Assembly: GCA_000826855.1 (NCBI GenBank)
Contig: JTLS01000043.1
Span: forward strand, 1-38,189
Length of the DNA: 38,189 bases
From: Basidioascus undulatus
Lineage: Eukaryota
Direction: 5' to 3'
Position numbers and translations under genes: made by a program. Below the pieces are notes generated by a model. That model searched no databases. It was given only the letters and a program-made list of their open reading frames with translations, and was not told where the DNA came from. The first letter of the stretch is position 1. Each line of letters begins with the position of its first letter. This document shows positions 31,756 to 38,189 of the stretch, piece after piece.

Positions 31756-34700
31756 CTACGACTTGTCCTTGCTCCGGAACGGCGAGCCGAACTTGCTCCC
31801 AGGCGACTTGCTGAACGTGCTCGCGTTGTCGGGGGCCGTCTCGCTCGTGGAGACGCGAGCCAGGGTGGCCGACCAGTCGAGGTGCAGCGACAGCAAGCCC
31901 TGACCCTCGTGCAGCTCGGCTTCGACGTCGACTGTGTGTGGCAGCGAACAGTCAGTGTCTCGGGACCGTGAGCGCGCATCACAGCATAACCAGAACGTAC
32001 GAGATGTTACGCCCTGTTCAGGGTGGATGTAGCGCCCGATCGGGACCTCGACCTCGCCGAGCTCCTTGTCGGACAGCAACGTCCTGCTGTCAAAAAGCTC
32101 GACCTTAAAGGTGGGGCGGTCGGGCGATGTGCGCAGCGTGAACGTCTCGTCCCTACACCGTTGCGACGTGATCTGGTAAGCGGCCGCCCAGAAGCTGACA
32201 TGTGAAACAGTCGCACCAGGCCGGCTCGTGTGTCTTGCCGAGCGTATTAGTTTGAAACTTGTTCTTGCCGTATCGCACGAGCGCGTAAGGCTGTGCGGTA
32301 ACAGCATGTTAACGCCTCAGAACTGCAGCGAAGATCGATCTACCGGCAAAAGGACGCACCTTCGGCAGGTCGTGGTGGTGCACGCCCTTGAGATCCTTTG
32401 CGGATTTGACGGTGACCTTGAGCAGGCCAGGCTCGACAGGGGACGCAGCGCCGTCGACCGCCTGGCCGTTAGCGAGCTGAGTGCCAGGCAAGTCGGCGGG
32501 CACGGCGCTCTCGTCGCTGACGACGCTACCGTCCTTCCTCTTCTTCACAAAGCCAAAGACGCCGCCGACACCGCGCCCGACGGAGCCGACGACGTGCACG
32601 CTGCCCTTGCCGAGGTGGCCCGCGCCGTGAACGACGCCCTTCCCGGCGCCAATACCGATGCCGCCGACCTGGGTGAGCGCGCGGCCGGCGGTCGAGAAGG
32701 TCGACGTGCGCGAGCGCGTCTTAACGATGAAGCTCGGGCGGAAGAGAAGCGATATCCGGACCTCGCCCTTGTCGCCATGCTTGGGGTCCTTCAGCTGCAG
32801 CACGCGCTCCTCAGCCTGCAGCGGCTCGAGATCGGCGATGTCGATCTGCGCGGTACCGAGCTTGTCCGCCTTGCCCGCAAGCTCCCAGTCGAAGACCTCG
32901 AGGCTCAAGTTCGCGGCGGCGCGAGATGGCTGAAGTTTTGGGATCAGCAACGCTGCCCGATGAGTTTCCCAAGCAAAAAAAATTAAAAAGGACGTACCAC
33001 GGGCGTCTCGAACCATTCGTCCCAAGTCTGCGAGCGGAAGAGAGTGAGCAGCGCCACTTAATGCCCACACAAAAAGACGCGCCGGAGTGAGCGTCTTCTT
33101 CTTGGTCTCGCTCTTGTAGATCTTGTCGCCATTCAAGGTGAAGACTACGTAGGGGTCGGATTTGCCTATGCGAAGAGAAGGGTGAATTATGAGCGCCGCA
33201 GTCACGCAGAGTGTAGACTGAGAAGATGGCATACCAGAGCGGTCCGCGGCACGAAGGCCCTTGGCGTCGATGAGATCCACACGGAGGTTGCCCTGGTCTG
33301 CAGTCGCATTCTCCTAGGTCAGCAGCTGGTCAGAGGAAAGGGTTAGAAAGTCCAAGCGACGCACTATTCACGCTCTCGCGAGGCTCGAGTTTAATCGGCA
33401 CCGGAACGTAGCGCGCCTCGAGCTCCACCGTGCTTAACAACTCCGACTGAGTTGCGTTCTGCAGCACGAAAGTCCATCAGGGAAACATACCTCTCGTGCT
33501 CGCCGTCCTCGTCGCTCAAGTTGAACACCTCCGGCTTGTTCTGCAGCGTCAGGCCCAAGACGTATCAGTCCTTCTGCCAATCGCTTTCCACTACCGCTTT
33601 GAGCGTTGGCAAAGCAGAGACCAACCCACCAGGCACCGTTCCAAGAACTCCTTGACGTCCATAGCCGTCTCCGCAAAGACGTCCTCCTTCTCGTCCGCGT
33701 CGCCCTCGTTGAAGCGGATGCGGATCTGGCTGAACGGCAGCTCGCGGATGAACGCCTCGCCGACCTGGTCGAATGTGACCTTGTGCGAGCGCGCCTTCTC
33801 GGTCGAGAACGAAGGCCAGGACGAGTCGTCGATGAGGACCTCGAGACGCGCATCCTTCTTGTCGAGCTGGCCAGAGCGCACGTCGATGACGAGCAGGCCC
33901 GACTCTGACACACGCACAGAAAGTCAGTTTGGGACGCTGGAGAGTGCGATCGTGAGAGAACTCAAGACGCACCAGCCTCAAGCAGCTCATCGTGCGACAG
34001 CTCGACACCGTCGTCATCTTCCTCCCCCTCTTCCTCCTCGTCGAAATCGTCGCTGTTGGCCGTCCCAGTGCCTGAGCGGGTCGACCGCGTCGGGGAAGTG
34101 GGCGTGGGCGTCTGGGCGTCCGCCTGGGACGCAGCGGTGTGGGCGGTCCCCATAGTCGAAGCGGTGTCGACGCTAGCGGACGACGCGGCGGCGGCCTCGT
34201 TGCGCTGGACCTTCTGGATCGCCTGGTTGACCTCGTTCTCGGGCTCGTCAAACTTGAGGTTCTTGAGCTTGAGCGCGGGCACGAACTCGGCCTCGAACAC
34301 GACGTTGCCCTTGTACGAGCCGTCGCGCGCGAAGCGCAGCGGCTGGTCGCGGTCCGACTTGCCCGTCGACTCGTACGGCGCGTTCTTGTCGCCCGTCTCC
34401 TTCAGCAGATCGTAGACCTTGAGCTCCGTGTACCCGAGCGTGCGGTCCTGGATAAGCGTGGTCAGACAAGTTGGTGCAGCTGGAGGGAATGCATGCGCAC
34501 CTTCGTCAGGTTCTGGTAATCCATGCACTCGAGCACGAGCGTCTGAAGTCAGGAGCGTCAGCATCGGTTCGACAGCTGGAGCGTTTCTCGCAGTCGCACC
34601 TCGCGAGGGGAGTGAACGGGAGCGTAGAGGATCTCGTCCCACTCGGGGTTGAGGTCTGAACCGCAGTGACAAATGAGTATCGACAGCGCACGCAACGTTG

Positions 34701-37700
34701 AGCGGGGGGAACGCACTGTTGTTGATGACCTCGGTGCGAGCGAGAGTCTTGCCGCCGAGCTGGACCTTGAGGTACGGGTCGCTCTGCATCCGGAGAGCAA
34801 TCAGCGCTCGCTTCAGCGCGACCGCGACAAATCGACGCAGCGCACCTTGCCGCCAGTCATGGCCTCGACGTTCCTACAGCCGCGCGCACGCATCAGCATA
34901 CCACCTCCAACCCCCAAAACCTCCTCGCAACTCACTTGACGTCCGCAGCCCTCTTCGCCCACAGCCGGACGATGCCGATCGGCGGGGTGTACGATCCCGC
35001 GCCGTCGACCGCGCCGCTCATGGCAACGGGCTTGAACTCGGCCGAGAGGCGGACGCGGCCCGACTTGGCGCCCGAGAGGTTGAACCAGTCGATCTGCTTG
35101 TCCTTGGCCTCGAGCAGGTCGCGGAGCGGGATTGAGAGGTGGCCGAGCGTCGGGTTGCGCGCGAAGTCCTTGTCGTCCACGAGCTTGATCGAGACCATGC
35201 AATGCTGCTTGTTGGTGACGAGGAACTCCTTGAAAGACTGCGGGTGGCGAGCGAAAGCATTCAGCAACCCGATGTCGCCGGCGCCACGAGTATCAAGCAG
35301 ACGCGGGGCGTACCTCCCAGTTCGGCTTAATCGTACGCTTCATGACGTGCGTGCGGTGGATCTCGCGCCCGCGGAGGGAGAGGATCGCGAACGGGTTGGT
35401 GTGGCCTGCAGTCGAGCGGGACGTGTCGAGGTTGTTCGCCTGGTGGATCGTGAGGCGGACGACGCCGGTGGCTGTTGTCGAAGTGTCAACAGACGCCCTC
35501 TCCTAAGAGACATCAATAACAGCCAGAACGCACCGACATCAGGCACGGGCTCGACCGTCCCGTCCTCGAGCTTCTTGGGCGAAAGGACAGGGAAGTAGTT
35601 ACTGTTTCTCCCTCCTCGTAAGCGCCCCGCCCAACTGCGAAACCCTCTGCGGGCACCCGCGACTCACACGTCGTATTGCAGCTCGCCCCGGTCCTTGCCG
35701 TCCTTGATGATCTTGCCGGTGATGCCCTCCTGCACGGGGTCCTGCACGAGCGTCTGCAAGTCGAAGCTGACGATGCCGAGCTCCGAGTCGCGCCGGTGCT
35801 CGTTGTAGTCCATCACGCTCAGGACGAGCTGGTCGTTGAGCGAGTTGATCAGGAGGAACTTGACTTCGGTCCAGTACGGCGAGTGCCTGGTTTCATCCCA
35901 TCCTTATCGCGTCAGCCCCCGGATGGAAAGGGAGAGTGTGAGAGAGGGACCCACGTCGAATGCTTGACCTTCGTCTTGTCCAGCACCCCGCGGTTGCTAA
36001 TCGAGAACGCAACATACGGGTCAGGGCTGCCGCCACCGATCTTGCTCGCGCGCAGCCCGCGCGCCTGGTGCACCGTGATCTGGAGGACGCCGACAGCCGA
36101 TTCTGTCCTCCCACCCGGACTCCGTCAATAACCCACGCCTACTCGCAGCGATAAACGGAGAAGAGGAGCGCACCGAGCGGCGCGCCGGATAGCATCTCCT
36201 CGAGGTTGAGCGTGAAGACTGTTCCCCCGGCGTTCAAGTCAGGATCTGCGCCGTGCTGCAAGCTCAACAGCAAGCGGTGAGTCCGAAGCGCACCATTCGG
36301 GTTGTACATCATCGGCCCGAGCACAGCGTGGACTTGATCGCGGATGAACGCCGAGAGGCCGGGGATCTGCAGTGTAACTTCGTCAGATCAAGGAGGGTGG
36401 GAGGGGCAGGAAACCAGAAAAGCAAGCGCACATTGCCGATATCGAACCCGAACGTCTCACCGCCCACGGGCTTGAGGACGTAGTCGAAGATAGGCTTCTC
36501 CATGAAGCTGACGTCCTGTTCCCTCGCTTTCCCCCCATCAACCTCCCGCTCCCCTTCAACCCAGCCAAAAGAAGGCGCGACGCACCACCAGCTTGACATG
36601 CGGGAAGTTATTCATGAGCGTCAAGCGGATGCGCATGAACCCGCTGAAGCTCATGTCCTCGAGGAGGATGGGGAGCGCCTTTCCGACGACGCCCTTGCCG
36701 ACGCGCACGGCGAGGACGATCTTGGGGTTCACCTGCAACGCCGCCTGCCGGGGCGTCACGTCCGACATGTCCGTCGGCGTGAAGGAGACGCGCCAGTCCA
36801 TCTGCACGATGTTGTCTGCGGTCGAGGGCCACGTGCGCACGGACTCGATGCGCGGGGCTTTAGTGCCTGTGAGAGGGGAGGGGAGTGGGTGAGTTGGACA
36901 GGGAGGGAGAGGGAGGGGAAGGGGCGCAAGGAACGAACCGAGCGTGAACTGCGTCATGCGGATCGAGTCGAGGAAGCTGGGAGTCGAGACGGAGAGGACC
37001 TGGTCGACCGTCTGGACAATCGTCGCGGAGAGGACGGGCTCGTAGATAAGCCAGAAGCGGGAGAGCTGGGCATGTGGATAGGCATAGTTAGCAGGGGAAG
37101 GGAGATGATGGTCGGGGACGGGTTGAGGACGGACGAAGTTGTTGATCCCTACGCACGGTGGACCCAGAATCAGCAGCCGAGCAGGAAAGAGTGGGCGGAC
37201 CGAAGCTCACAGTCCGCGCTCTCCGCCTCAGTCGCCAACCTCGTCTTCATCAACTCCCTCGAAATATCATCCCTCACGTTCCGCCTCACCCTCCGCACGC
37301 TCGCGTTGTAGTACGTCGCCGCGCCAGCGAGGACCAAGATGATCCACCCGAAGCCGAGGCGGAACGTCGCGAGGAAGTGGGTGAAGAGAACAGAGACGAT
37401 GATGACGCCTGCGTTGTGCCACCACTGGCCGTAGAACGCGTCGCGAAGGAGGAGACCCTCGGCCTCGTCCGCGGTCGACTCGGTCGCGAGCGAGCCGACC
37501 CACCCGATTTTGTACCACTTGGGGAACTTGGGGAGCCCTGACGGCCCGGGCAGCGCGCCGGGCACCTCCACGTCGGAGTCGTACTCGGCAGCTTCGGCGG
37601 TAGCGGCTGCAGCGGCTTGGAGGGAGGTCGTGGGCTTGACGTTATTCCCGCCCGCGTCGACGGCGAGGGCTGTGTTCCGGGTTCGTCAGACGGGCGGAGG

Positions 37701-38082
37701 TTGGGATGAAGTGCAGGAAACGCACCGGCGCCCGTGTCCCCACCCTCCGCATCGACACCTTTCAGTGCGTCTTTCTGGGACGCAATCTGCGCCTCCTTCG
37801 CTTCGGGCGGGGCGTCGGGGTCGAAGGTGTGCCTGGGTTGGGTGTCAGATGTGGACGGGGGAGACGGGAGTGTGGAGCTCAAGAGTGGACTCACACGTTC
37901 GCGCCCTTCTCGCTGTCCTTGGCGAGGCTGTTCTTGAGCGCGCCCACGCTGTCCTCCTTCTTGAACCCGTTCCCGCTGCCCGCACCGCTCTCCACAGCGA
38001 CAGGCGTGCCGTCCGCCTTTGCGCCATGCTTGGCGTGGTCGGTTGCTACGGCGGGGGAGGACGAAGCCGGAGACGCAGACAT
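31756..38082 (-). CDS. TCB: Tricalbin / extended-synaptotagmin (N-terminal membrane hairpin, SMP domain, multiple C2 domains), ER-plasma membrane tether
   Basis: ATG at 38082. WYKIGW; GQWWHNAGVIIVSVLFTHFLATFRLGFGWIILVLA (membrane anchor); RRNVRDDISRELMKTRL; ESADWINNF|LSRFWLIYEPVLS; DSIRMTQFTLG.KAPRIESV; VNPKIVLAVRVG; MRIRLTLMNNFPHV (SMP); C2 motifs GGSPDPYV, SDPYLKV, LNPEWDEILY, LRAADRSGKSDPYVVF, LEVFDWE; ends SPFRSKDKS* at 31758-31756. Confidence 0.95.
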
Positions 38083-38189
38083 GGTCGTCGGCGGGGAATT
38101 GTCAAAGCGGGCGATCTTGGTGCTGCTGGCCTATTGGGAGAGGATAAAGTCGATGACCAGCGGGGACCAATCGCGCGTGTGGAAGGTAT

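Noticed and set aside
32228..37541. Long plus-strand ORFs opposite tricalbin (e.g. 32228-32986, 34936-35598, 36502-37311)
   Set aside because: Antisense shadows produced by strong GC3 codon bias of the real minus-strand gene; no independent motifs.
1..38189. CRISPR arrays, rRNA, prokaryotic operons or defence systems, intact transposase/RT genes
   Set aside because: No regularly spaced repeats, rRNA signatures or transposase/RT motifs seen; all recognised genes have spliceosomal introns.

Overview
This is intron-dense, GC-rich eukaryotic DNA, most likely a basidiomycete fungus. Introns are mostly about 50-80 nt with GTGCGT/GTACGC/GTGAGY donors; Pucciniomycotina is a guess. Most entries in the ORF track are exon fragments or antisense shadows, so I spliced gene models by hand. 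In order, the window holds: the 5' end of a probable Spc105/KNL1 kinetochore gene (-); a GH16 endo-1,3(4)-beta-glucanase of about 19 exons (-); a decayed ABCC-transporter pseudogene (-) followed by two orphan coding-like segments; a TauD/JLP1-type 2-oxoglutarate dioxygenase (-); a small GPI-anchored CFEM protein (-); a minimal J-domain protein (-); nucleoporin Nup84/Nup107 (+); a ~10.7-kb hybrid histidine kinase (pseudokinase-STAND ATPase-GAF-HisKA-HATPase-2 receivers) (-); and a tricalbin (-). No rRNA, tRNA, CRISPR array or intact transposon is supported. I found no clearly new multi-gene system. The best leads are a predicted 3-nt micro-exon supplying the GH16 catalytic glutamate, the NLR-like pseudokinase/STAND sensor kinase, a client-domain-less J protein with a GC-AG intron, and a degrading accessory island at about 4-8.7 kb.
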